IMG/VR virus record: IMGVR_UViG_2885593961_000002 | Coordinates: 1-64,000 of that record | DNA from: a virus | Lineage: Duplodnaviria; Caudoviricetes | DNA length: 64,000 bases | Strand: one strand, 5' to 3' | Part shown: positions 46,465-54,101 of the stretch, one piece after another | Layout of the letters: every line of letters starts with the position of its first letter | Position numbering within the stretch: position 1 is the first letter of the stretch | Program-made: the position numbers and the translations under genes | The notes under the pieces: model-generated | What the model saw: only the letters and a program-made list of their open reading frames with translations | What the model was told of the DNA's origin: nothing | The model's database searches: none

Positions 46465-47592
46465 ATGGCTAAGAGCGTTCCGATCACACCGAGAATTCAG
46501 AATCTGATCACCCGCAACAACGGGGGTGATCAGGTCGACTTCAACGCGATCGTCGTATTCGAAGCCTCGGTCACTAACACGCGCCCGCTGACGAAGCCCG
46601 GTTCGATTTTCGACAAAGGCCAGATCCAGGTTGACACGCTCAACCAGATGGCCAGCTATCTGAATAGCGGCGGCTTTGTCCCCCTCCAGACCCTTCACCC
46701 GAACGGAGACGAACTCCCCCTCGGTCGATTCTTCTACGGCGAAGTCCTCCCGTCGACGCTCGGCGACGGATCGAGCGAACTGGTCTGCCTCTTTTACCTG
46801 CCGAAAGACGATCCGAATGTCGCGAAGCTCGACAACGGGATCATCGACGAGGTCAGCGTAGGGTTTGTCGGCCAACAGCTGCTCTGTTCGAAGTGCAGTT
46901 GGGACTGGCGTGGCCCCGACGCCAGCTTCTCGAACTTCTACGACCGCGTGTGCGGCAATGATCACGTGCTCGGCGAAGACGGCGCGTATCTGAAGATCAA
47001 CGGGCTGGATCGATGGACTGAAACGTCGCTCGTGTCGAAAGGCGCAGCGAACAACGCGAAGATTTTGGGCCGCACGAAGCAGCGGCTCGGCCAAGAGCAG
47101 TATGACCGCTTGGCAGCTTCGGGCGTCGCACCCGAGCATTTGATGCTGATTGCCACCACCACCACATCCCCTCGGAGTACGACGAAGATGGATAAGGAAC
47201 TGATCGAAGAGCTGGCCAACCTGAAGGCGGGCCAGAAGATTCACGAACACACGATTTCGCTGAAAGAAGCGGAAATCGCGGCGCTCAAGACGACCAACGA
47301 GGCGTTGAGCACCGAGAACAAGACGCTGAAGGAAGGTACGGAGCTGAAGGCAGCGCAAACCTCGCTGGCCGAGTCGCAAGCGAAGGTGACGGAGCTGGAA
47401 GCTTCGGCAAAGACTGCTGAAACCGAGGTCGCCGATCTGAAGGCGAAGCTCGCGACCGCAGAAGCGCAGGTTGAAGTCCTGAAAGCGGGTGCCGGCAACG
47501 GTGGCCGCTCGCAAGGGTCCGATACCGGCACTGGTGCAACGAAGGGGACGACGCTTCACGCGTCGAGCGCGTTCAAGTCCGCGCCGCGTTAA
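46465..47592 (+). CDS. Prohead protease with C-terminal coiled-coil scaffold
   Basis: QTLH..., DEVSVGF, ETSLVSKGA; coiled coil; position. Confidence 0.75.
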   Translation: MAKSVPITPRIQNLITRNNGGDQVDFNAIVVFEASVTNTRPLTKPGSIFDKGQIQVDTLNQMASYLNSGGFVPLQTLHPNGDELPLGRFFYGEVLPSTLGDGSSELVCLFYLPKDDPNVAKLDNGIIDEVSVGFVGQQLLCSKCSWDWRGPDASFSNFYDRVCGNDHVLGEDGAYLKINGLDRWTETSLVSKGAANNAKILGRTKQRLGQEQYDRLAASGVAPEHLMLIATTTTSPRSTTKMDKELIEELANLKAGQKIHEHTISLKEAEIAALKTTNEALSTENKTLKEGTELKAAQTSLAESQAKVTELEASAKTAETEVADLKAKLATAEAQVEVLKAGAGNGGRSQGSDTGTGATKGTTLHASSAFKSAPR

Positions 47593-47619
47593 GCGAACCC
47601 GCAACACGAGAGGTAATTC

Positions 47620-48042
47620 ATGAGCAACGCTATCGGTAACGGCGTCTCCCTTCGTGGTCTCTACGATGAGGATTCGCAGTATCCGTTCAACCTGGCCGCG
47701 GGCATCAAGAAAGGTCAGGACGAAGGCAAGGCAGTGTCGATCGACCCGACCGCGCCCAATACGGTGAAGCTGGCCGGCGACGGTGATCTGCTCGCCGGCC
47801 GACTCGAAACGATCGAAAACCGCGTGACCGAAGGCCTGAACGTCGGCACCGTCTCGCTGGAAGGTGGCCTCGACTTCCTGGTCAAAGCGGGCTACGCCGC
47901 GACGCCGGGTGACCGCCTCGTCGGCGGTGGCGGCGGCACGGTTCGCAAGGCCGACCCTGCGAAGGACGCATTCGGTGGTTACTCGCCGTGGTGCGTCGTC
48001 GAAGTGCTGGCCAGCGGCAACGTGGTCGCGATCGAGCTGTAA
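47620..48042 (+). CDS. Capsid decoration/cement protein
   Basis: 140 aa Gly-rich, between protease and MCP. Confidence 0.65.
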   Translation: MSNAIGNGVSLRGLYDEDSQYPFNLAAGIKKGQDEGKAVSIDPTAPNTVKLAGDGDLLAGRLETIENRVTEGLNVGTVSLEGGLDFLVKAGYAATPGDRLVGGGGGTVRKADPAKDAFGGYSPWCVVEVLASGNVVAIEL

Positions 48043-48167
48043 AGAATGGCGGCAGATGACCTCGCCCACCACCGGGTTCATCTGCTGGAAGAGCTGCAAA
48101 ACCCTCGTCAATTCCGACCACCACCGGGCTGACGAAGGTTCAAAAACAACTGACAACGGATCAAAAC

Positions 48168-49361
48168 ATGGCAGATCTGATCGACATCGAACGCCGCGCA
48201 CCTGCGGAAGTTCTCGCCGGCCTCAAACCGGACGACACCACCGACGTCCAGCGCTCGATCAACGCTGGCCAGCGCCTCGTGCGCCTCGCCGCAGACTCGG
48301 GCCTCAACCTGCGTGACTATCTCACGCTCGCGATCGACCCGCGCCGTGCCGACGACGCAGGCCGCTACGATGGCCTGAACGGCTACGAAGCTGCGCTCGC
48401 CTACCTCAACCTGCCCGTCCGCCAGGATCTCTCGCAAGGCGTCCTGCTGCAAGCTGCATCGGAAACGTTCCAGACGTATCCGGGCACCCGCGCGATGTTC
48501 CCGGAAGTCATGGACGACATCCTGCGCTGGAAGAACCGCCAGGACCAGATCGAACAGGTCGCTCCGCTCGTCGCGCAGTCGCGCACGATCAACGGCACCG
48601 AGATGATCTCGACGTTCGTCGAAGACGACTCGAACGAGCGCACGACGCATACGATCCCGGAACTGGGCCGCATCCCGGTTCGCACGATCCGCACGTCGCA
48701 GCAGACGGTCGGCATCTTCAAGCACGGCTCGGGCTATCGTACCTCGTACGAATTCAACCGCCGTGCTTCGCTCGACATCATGACGCCGTTTGCAGCGCGC
48801 GTCGGCCGCGAGCTGGAGATCTCGAAGGTGCGCGCCGCGACGGCCATCCTGATCAACGGCGACGGCGTCAATGGTGCAGCTGGCGTGGTCAAGGTATCGG
48901 ACTTCGGCGGCGATGCCACCAAGGCATTCTCGTCGAACTACAAGGCGCTCGCGAAGTGGCTCATGGCCCGCGCGAAGGCTGGCTACCCGATCGACACGAT
49001 TATCGGCAACTACGACATGTTCGTAGAGCTGCTGTTCATGTTCCAGCCGGTGACGGGCATCTCGGGCGCGCATGCGACCGATATCGAAGCGCTGGTTGCG
49101 CAAGGTACGCCGAAGATCAACACCCAGGTCCCGATCCTCAACCAGTCGGTGAACTTCCACCTGTCGTCGGCGGTGCCGGAAGGAAAGCTGGTCGGCTTCA
49201 CGAAGGCTGAAACGCTGGAAGAGCTGATCGAAGCCGGCTCGAACATCTCGGAAAACGAGCGTTCGATCCTGAACCAGTCGATCACCTACGTGCGTACGGA
49301 AAACACCGGCTACAAGCTGGCGTTCCCGGACACGCGCCAAGTCCTCGACGTGACCGCGTAA
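48168..49361 (+). CDS. Major capsid protein
   Basis: 397 aa; position; followed by a strong terminator. Confidence 0.85.
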   Translation: MADLIDIERRAPAEVLAGLKPDDTTDVQRSINAGQRLVRLAADSGLNLRDYLTLAIDPRRADDAGRYDGLNGYEAALAYLNLPVRQDLSQGVLLQAASETFQTYPGTRAMFPEVMDDILRWKNRQDQIEQVAPLVAQSRTINGTEMISTFVEDDSNERTTHTIPELGRIPVRTIRTSQQTVGIFKHGSGYRTSYEFNRRASLDIMTPFAARVGRELEISKVRAATAILINGDGVNGAAGVVKVSDFGGDATKAFSSNYKALAKWLMARAKAGYPIDTIIGNYDMFVELLFMFQPVTGISGAHATDIEALVAQGTPKINTQVPILNQSVNFHLSSAVPEGKLVGFTKAETLEELIEAGSNISENERSILNQSITYVRTENTGYKLAFPDTRQVLDVTA

Positions 49362-49380
49362 ACCTCCGGTCGAGAGCCTG

Positions 49381-49410
49381 AAAGCCCGCCCCTCTCGGGC
49401 GGGCTTTTTT
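49381..49410 (+). terminator. Intrinsic terminator
   Basis: AAAGCCCGCCC-ctctc-GGGCGGGCTTTTTT. Confidence 0.88.
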
Positions 49411-49428
49411 ATGTCCTTTTATGGATAG

Positions 49429-49764
49429 ATGATGAAGATGAAGAAGATCCTCGCACACACCACTGGCAAGTTCATGTTGCTCGACGGCATGAGCGGCGAC
49501 GAGCTGGACGCTTTCCGCCCCTCGGTCGTTCGTCAAACCCCGTTCATCAACACTCGTGTCGGTCTGAATCAGGTTGAGATCGTCGCGGAGTTGAAGCCCG
49601 ACGCCACGGACGCCGAATACGTCCGCTTCTTGAAGGAAGCAGATGGCGACTTCGACGTGGCCAACGAGTCGTTCCTCGCTCGATATGGCATCGACGCCGA
49701 GCCGACCGAGGCCGGTGAAGATGCCGAAGCCGCCCCGGCAACGTCCCGCCGTCGCCGCTCGTAA
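49429..49764 (+). CDS. Hypothetical virion protein
   Basis: Position in the head-tail block. Confidence 0.65.
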   Translation: MMKMKKILAHTTGKFMLLDGMSGDELDAFRPSVVRQTPFINTRVGLNQVEIVAELKPDATDAEYVRFLKEADGDFDVANESFLARYGIDAEPTEAGEDAEAAPATSRRRRS

Positions 49765-49775
49765 GGAGACGCGCC

Positions 49776-50504
49776 ATGCAGTGGTTCCAGGCTGGTGAAG
49801 ACCTGACCTTCGAAGTCGAGCTAATGGCCGGTGGCGTGCAAGCCCAACCTGATGCCGGTTCCGTGACGTACACCGTGCGTGACCAGAGCGGCGCTGTCCT
49901 GGCCGGCCTGGACCACGCTGCGCTCGATGTACCGGGCACGACCGCCCAAATCCTGCTGCCAGCTCACGTGAACGGCATCACCGCGGGAAACGACACCGAG
50001 ACCCGATTCGTCTTCCTCGCCTTCAAAACGTCCGGGCAGAGCCGCCAGCAGCAGGTGGCCTATGGTCTACACCCCTTCATACCGATGAGCGCCGATGCGG
50101 ACGCCGTGCGCGGTCTGATGGGGGTTTCCGTCGACGAGCTGCCAGACGAAGCGATCGACCTGATCCCGGCGTACTACTCGCTGCGCGCCGACTATGGTAC
50201 GGACTTCACAAACGCCCTCGTGGTCGGGGACAGCCGTACGCGCTCGGCCGCGAATCGCGCTCTCGCCGCGCGCGCCGCGATCGACGCATTGCCCTCCTTC
50301 CAGTTGCGGCTCGTGCAGTCGAAACAAGTTGAGAACTCGAACTTCTCACGCTGGGACTGGGTCGACCTAGACAAGCTGAAGGAAGACCTGACAACTCAAC
50401 TCGGCGCGAGCCTCGCGCAGCTGAGCGACACACTGGCCCGATCCGTCGCCGTGACGCCGACGATCTTCGTGGTCTCCTCCCCAACTGACCCGGTGACAGG
50501 CTAG
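49776..50504 (+). CDS. Putative head-tail adaptor
   Basis: AAGGAG SD; position. Confidence 0.55.
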   Translation: MQWFQAGEDLTFEVELMAGGVQAQPDAGSVTYTVRDQSGAVLAGLDHAALDVPGTTAQILLPAHVNGITAGNDTETRFVFLAFKTSGQSRQQQVAYGLHPFIPMSADADAVRGLMGVSVDELPDEAIDLIPAYYSLRADYGTDFTNALVVGDSRTRSAANRALAARAAIDALPSFQLRLVQSKQVENSNFSRWDWVDLDKLKEDLTTQLGASLAQLSDTLARSVAVTPTIFVVSSPTDPVTG

Positions 50505-50506
50505 TC

Positions 50507-51025
50507 ATGACCACTCTACCTCAGCTCACCCGAATCCTCGTGAACGTATCACGAGGCAACGCCAAGGTGTACGGCATCGTCTCCTCACCGTCCGCGAAGT
50601 CGTCGTCCGAGCAGTTCACGACGCCCCAACGCATGCTTCATGTGCGCCGTGGCTCTGTCGCAAACCCCGGCGACACGGTCAACGACCTCGGGTTCTACTA
50701 CGTCCTCGGGGATTTCAGCCGGACGGCAAACGATGCGATCTTCCGTATGTTCCATCTCCCGTTCAACGGGGATGTTCAACGTATCTCGCGCCAGACCGAC
50801 CCCGTGTCCGGCTTCGCACGTAACGAGGCGATGTCGATGATCGGTAAGACGTGGTACGACGTACGCCCGCTCGGCCAGACCACTGACGTCAGTAACTCTA
50901 AGCGTCAGCGCTATCGAGTCATCACCGGGTTCCCGTTGCAAGAGGGTGACCTGATCGGGCCGAACAACTATCGCGTCTCGAATGTGAAGTTCGAGCTGGG
51001 CGTCACCGTGGCCGAGGCTGAGTAA
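50507..51025 (+). CDS. Putative head closure protein
   Basis: Position. Confidence 0.5.
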   Translation: MTTLPQLTRILVNVSRGNAKVYGIVSSPSAKSSSEQFTTPQRMLHVRRGSVANPGDTVNDLGFYYVLGDFSRTANDAIFRMFHLPFNGDVQRISRQTDPVSGFARNEAMSMIGKTWYDVRPLGQTTDVSNSKRQRYRVITGFPLQEGDLIGPNNYRVSNVKFELGVTVAEAE

Positions 51026-51786
51026 TGGCAGACGTCAAGGCTGTTCAAGACAGCGTGATGCAGTTCGTCCAGAACTTTATCTTTCAGAACGTCACGAACA
51101 GCCTTGCCGATTACGCCGACAAGGTTTCGGTGAAAATCAAGGATGAGATAACGAAGAAGCTGGACTCTTTCTTCACCGACCTTGTCGGGACCGGTTCGAT
51201 CGGCTCGTCCGACCCACCCATGTGGCTCGGTCAAGTAGGCGCTCACTGGAACGAACTGACGTACTTCTATCTCCATTACGAGAAGAATGATCACGTCAAC
51301 TATTTCCAGTACAGCACCCTCCCGCGCCGGGTGAAGAACAGTCCTGAGTCACGTCGTATGCGCCGCAAGCACATCGGTGATGCCAAGCAGATAAAGAACT
51401 CGCTGCGTAACGAGTTGATGCGTCTCGGCAACCCGTCGCAGTATTTCGGCGAGGTAAAGGTGACAATCGACGCGACTCGCATGCAGGGCCTTGGCCGCTA
51501 CCCTGCTGGGACGATGCGCAATGGGGTCAAGGTCGGTGGACGATACTACAGCCGTCCGTCCGATACCGTTCGCATCGTAGTCGACTGGCTACCGAAGCTC
51601 AATAACATGAACGTGATGGTCGCCAACATGGTGGAGCAGTATCTGCCTGAGACAAACAACCTCGCCGCAAAGCTGACGAACAACCGGCGCGGTGCATACC
51701 GCCCGCTGGTGAGCGCATACATCCTCTGGTATCAGCAGAACATGATCTTTCCGATCATCAACCGAGCAGTCAAACCATACCTATGA
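51025..51786 (+). CDS. Putative tail completion/neck protein
   Basis: Position. Confidence 0.45.
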   Translation: MADVKAVQDSVMQFVQNFIFQNVTNSLADYADKVSVKIKDEITKKLDSFFTDLVGTGSIGSSDPPMWLGQVGAHWNELTYFYLHYEKNDHVNYFQYSTLPRRVKNSPESRRMRRKHIGDAKQIKNSLRNELMRLGNPSQYFGEVKVTIDATRMQGLGRYPAGTMRNGVKVGGRYYSRPSDTVRIVVDWLPKLNNMNVMVANMVEQYLPETNNLAAKLTNNRRGAYRPLVSAYILWYQQNMIFPIINRAVKPYL

Positions 51787-52244
51787 AAAGCGAAAACCTC
51801 TATGGCGATCATCTGTCGAGTCTCCTGCGATTCTGCGCAGACCAGGCGACAAGCCTTCAGGCCTCGACGGGCATCGCGCTTCAACCCGTCTTCTTCGACT
51901 CTTACAACGACTACGACAAGCTACCGTCCGGTAATCTGATTGGAGTCGCACAGTATTCGCTCGACTTCGACGAACATCTGACGACGGTGTCAGCTGTCGT
52001 TGGTGTCGCGACCGAGAACGATACAAACGACTTTGATCTCACGCGAGTGATGAGCGCACTGGTTCAGCGGCTGCTACCGACGAAGTCGATCGACGTGCTC
52101 GATGCGTTGAAGGGGGAAAAGCTGGGGACGATGGTGGTGCAAAACGGCGTTCGCGTCTTGCCCGTAGGCGGTGGGCTGGGACGATCCATGAAGTGGGTCG
52201 CGTTCATGGCATCGTCCACGGTTACTGCGGATCTTTCTTCGTAA
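51783..52244 (+). CDS. Putative tail terminator
   Basis: 153 aa, last gene before the major tail gene. Confidence 0.5.
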   Translation: MKSENLYGDHLSSLLRFCADQATSLQASTGIALQPVFFDSYNDYDKLPSGNLIGVAQYSLDFDEHLTTVSAVVGVATENDTNDFDLTRVMSALVQRLLPTKSIDVLDALKGEKLGTMVVQNGVRVLPVGGGLGRSMKWVAFMASSTVTADLSS

Positions 52245-52416
52245 TGCTGCTGATGAGCTTTTGATCGGCGCTCGTAGCATTGTCGATCGCAGTTTCAAGC
52301 AGATGGATGATCTCTGCATTCCGCGTTCGACGGTTAACTCTCGCACGCTGCTTGATCTGAACGTCGAGCGTGACGGGGATGCGTACCGTAAAGGCTTCGC
52401 GCTCTTCCAACTCCAT
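52222..52416 (-). CDS. Arc-like ribbon-helix-helix DNA-binding protein
   Basis: FTVRIPVTL...IKQRARVNRRTRNAEIIHLLE; GGAGG SD. Confidence 0.85.
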   Translation of the reverse strand: MELEEREAFTVRIPVTLDVQIKQRARVNRRTRNAEIIHLLETAIDNATSADQKLISSITKKDPQ

Positions 52417-52448
52417 TGCGTGGTTCCTCCATATACCAATAAAAACCT

Positions 52449-52477
52449 TTGATTCGGGAAGGTATCACACGTAGGAT
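52449..52477 (+). promoter_or_regulatory. Sigma70-like promoter TTGATT-17-TAGGAT
   Basis: Between the arc-like gene and the major tail gene. Confidence 0.55.
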
Positions 52478-52511
52478 CGCCCCACCAGAATTTTAAACCG
52501 GAGAACTAACG

Positions 52512-53303
52512 ATGGCTGGTGAAGCAAAGTCCGAAAAGTTCATGCTGGGGTCGGCCACCGTGATGATCGGCCCCCAAGCTGACCTGTTCAACCTCAATCC
52601 CGACGAGCACTCGATCGGTCTCGTGAAAAACTTCACGATCAGCGGCCAGCCGGCATACACCGAGCTGACGCAGGGTGTGAAGAACAGCGTCGTTTACTCG
52701 GTGATGACCGGCAACCCCGTGACCGCCACGATGGAAGTGTTCGAGCACACGTCGAAGAACCTCGCGTACGGCTTGGGCCTCGACGGTTCGGCACTGACCC
52801 CGTCCACAGTCAAGACCACGCTGAACGCCGACGTGCCCGCGAACGCTGCCGGCGCGGACACGCTGCCGGTCACATCGGCCACCGGCTTCGCGGTCGGCGA
52901 CTGGATTCAGGCGGTTGTGCCGGGTTACAGCGACCGGATGCTCGTCGCCAAGGTCAAGACGATCGACTCGACGGCGAAGACGCTGCAAGTCGTCAGCTCG
53001 CAGAAGTTCGACTACCAGCTGCCGATCGGCACGGTGGTCCAGAAGGTCAACGTCGTGGGCATCGGCTCGAAGGCCAACCAGCCGTTCCTCGCCGCGAAGG
53101 TGGTCGGCAACCTGGCCGACAACACGCCGGTCGCACTGCTGATCCCGAAGATCCGAATCACGGGCGGCTTCACGCTGGCGTTCAAGACCGACGCATTCGG
53201 CAACCTGCCGTACAAGTTCCAGCCGTACGATCTGGTTTCGACGGACCCGTTCTACGACGACTTCCTGCCGTTCGGGCAAGCGATGCTGGCGTCGGCAAAC
53301 TAA
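52512..53303 (+). CDS. Major tail tube protein
   Basis: 263 aa, GGAG SD, followed by a terminator then chaperones and TMP. Confidence 0.8.
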   Translation: MAGEAKSEKFMLGSATVMIGPQADLFNLNPDEHSIGLVKNFTISGQPAYTELTQGVKNSVVYSVMTGNPVTATMEVFEHTSKNLAYGLGLDGSALTPSTVKTTLNADVPANAAGADTLPVTSATGFAVGDWIQAVVPGYSDRMLVAKVKTIDSTAKTLQVVSSQKFDYQLPIGTVVQKVNVVGIGSKANQPFLAAKVVGNLADNTPVALLIPKIRITGGFTLAFKTDAFGNLPYKFQPYDLVSTDPFYDDFLPFGQAMLASAN

Positions 53304-53340
53304 GGTTCACTCCGGTACGGAGAAAAACCTTGAAGCACCA

Positions 53341-53372
53341 ATCCCCGCGACTCATAATCGTGGGGATTTTTC
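53341..53372 (+). terminator. Intrinsic terminator
   Basis: ATCCCCGCGA-loop-TCGTGGGGAT-TTTT. Confidence 0.8.
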
Positions 53373-53388
53373 ATTAGGGAACCAAAAC

Positions 53389-53790
53389 ATGTCGACCACC
53401 ACCACGCGACAAGCCCCGCCCGCAAAACTCGAAATCACCCTGGCCGGCGCGAAGAAGATCTTGTTCATGTCCTTTGGCTTGCTCAATGAACTGTGCCGAG
53501 GTATTGGAGATGCTCAAGGCGCGTTGCAAGTCACCGCGAACTCTCAACTTCGCGATTTTGTACTGATGGTTGTGCTTTCCGATCGAGACGAAGAAGGTAA
53601 CGTCGTCAAGCCGATCAACGTCAATCGCATCGAGATGTCCATCGAAGACGGTGAACGCCTGCTCGACTGGGTATCGCAGCACGCGACAGATTTTTTCGTC
53701 CGGACGATGGAGAGAATCGTCACGGGGCACAAGGACAAGGAAAGCCGGTTGAAGGCCCTGAAAGAGCTGGCCGAAAACCCGGCAAGCTAA
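53389..53790 (+). CDS. Tail assembly chaperone (gpG-like)
   Basis: Between MTP and TMP; slippery A-AAC-CCG near the 3' end. Confidence 0.75.
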   Translation: MSTTTTRQAPPAKLEITLAGAKKILFMSFGLLNELCRGIGDAQGALQVTANSQLRDFVLMVVLSDRDEEGNVVKPINVNRIEMSIEDGERLLDWVSQHATDFFVRTMERIVTGHKDKESRLKALKELAENPAS

Positions 53791-54101
53791 CCGCATACAC
53801 GGACTGGTTCCGCGACCTCACTTTCAGCGAGGCAGTGTGCTGGGCATTCGATACAGTTCCTTCTGCACTGCCTATTATTTTCTGGAAGTACAGTCGCGAG
53901 GACATTAAAATCCGCACACGGTTGAAGCTCGGCGAATGCCAAGCAAACCACGTGCAACAGTTCCAGACGTTGGCGATCCTTCTCTCCGAAGTCCTCGGCA
54001 CAGGGACTGCTTCGAGCACATCCGAATCCTCCCAAGAAGACGTGCCCAAAGACTTCGCGGACGCCCAACGCCGGTTGGCAGCAGTCTTCGGGAAACGATA
54101 A
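53775..54101 (+). CDS. -1 frameshift extension (gpGT-like)
   Basis: The -1 frame is open from the heptamer to TAA at 54099-54101, immediately before the TMP ATG. Confidence 0.65.
   Translation, partial: KPGKLTAYTDWFRDLTFSEAVCWAFDTVPSALPIIFWKYSREDIKIRTRLKLGECQANHVQQFQTLAILLSEVLGTGTASSTSESSQEDVPKDFADAQRRLAAVFGKR

Noticed and set aside
52250-52290. CTGATGA resembling a hammerhead ribozyme core
   Set aside because: The following stem is not closed by GAAA, and the site lies inside the arc-like ORF.
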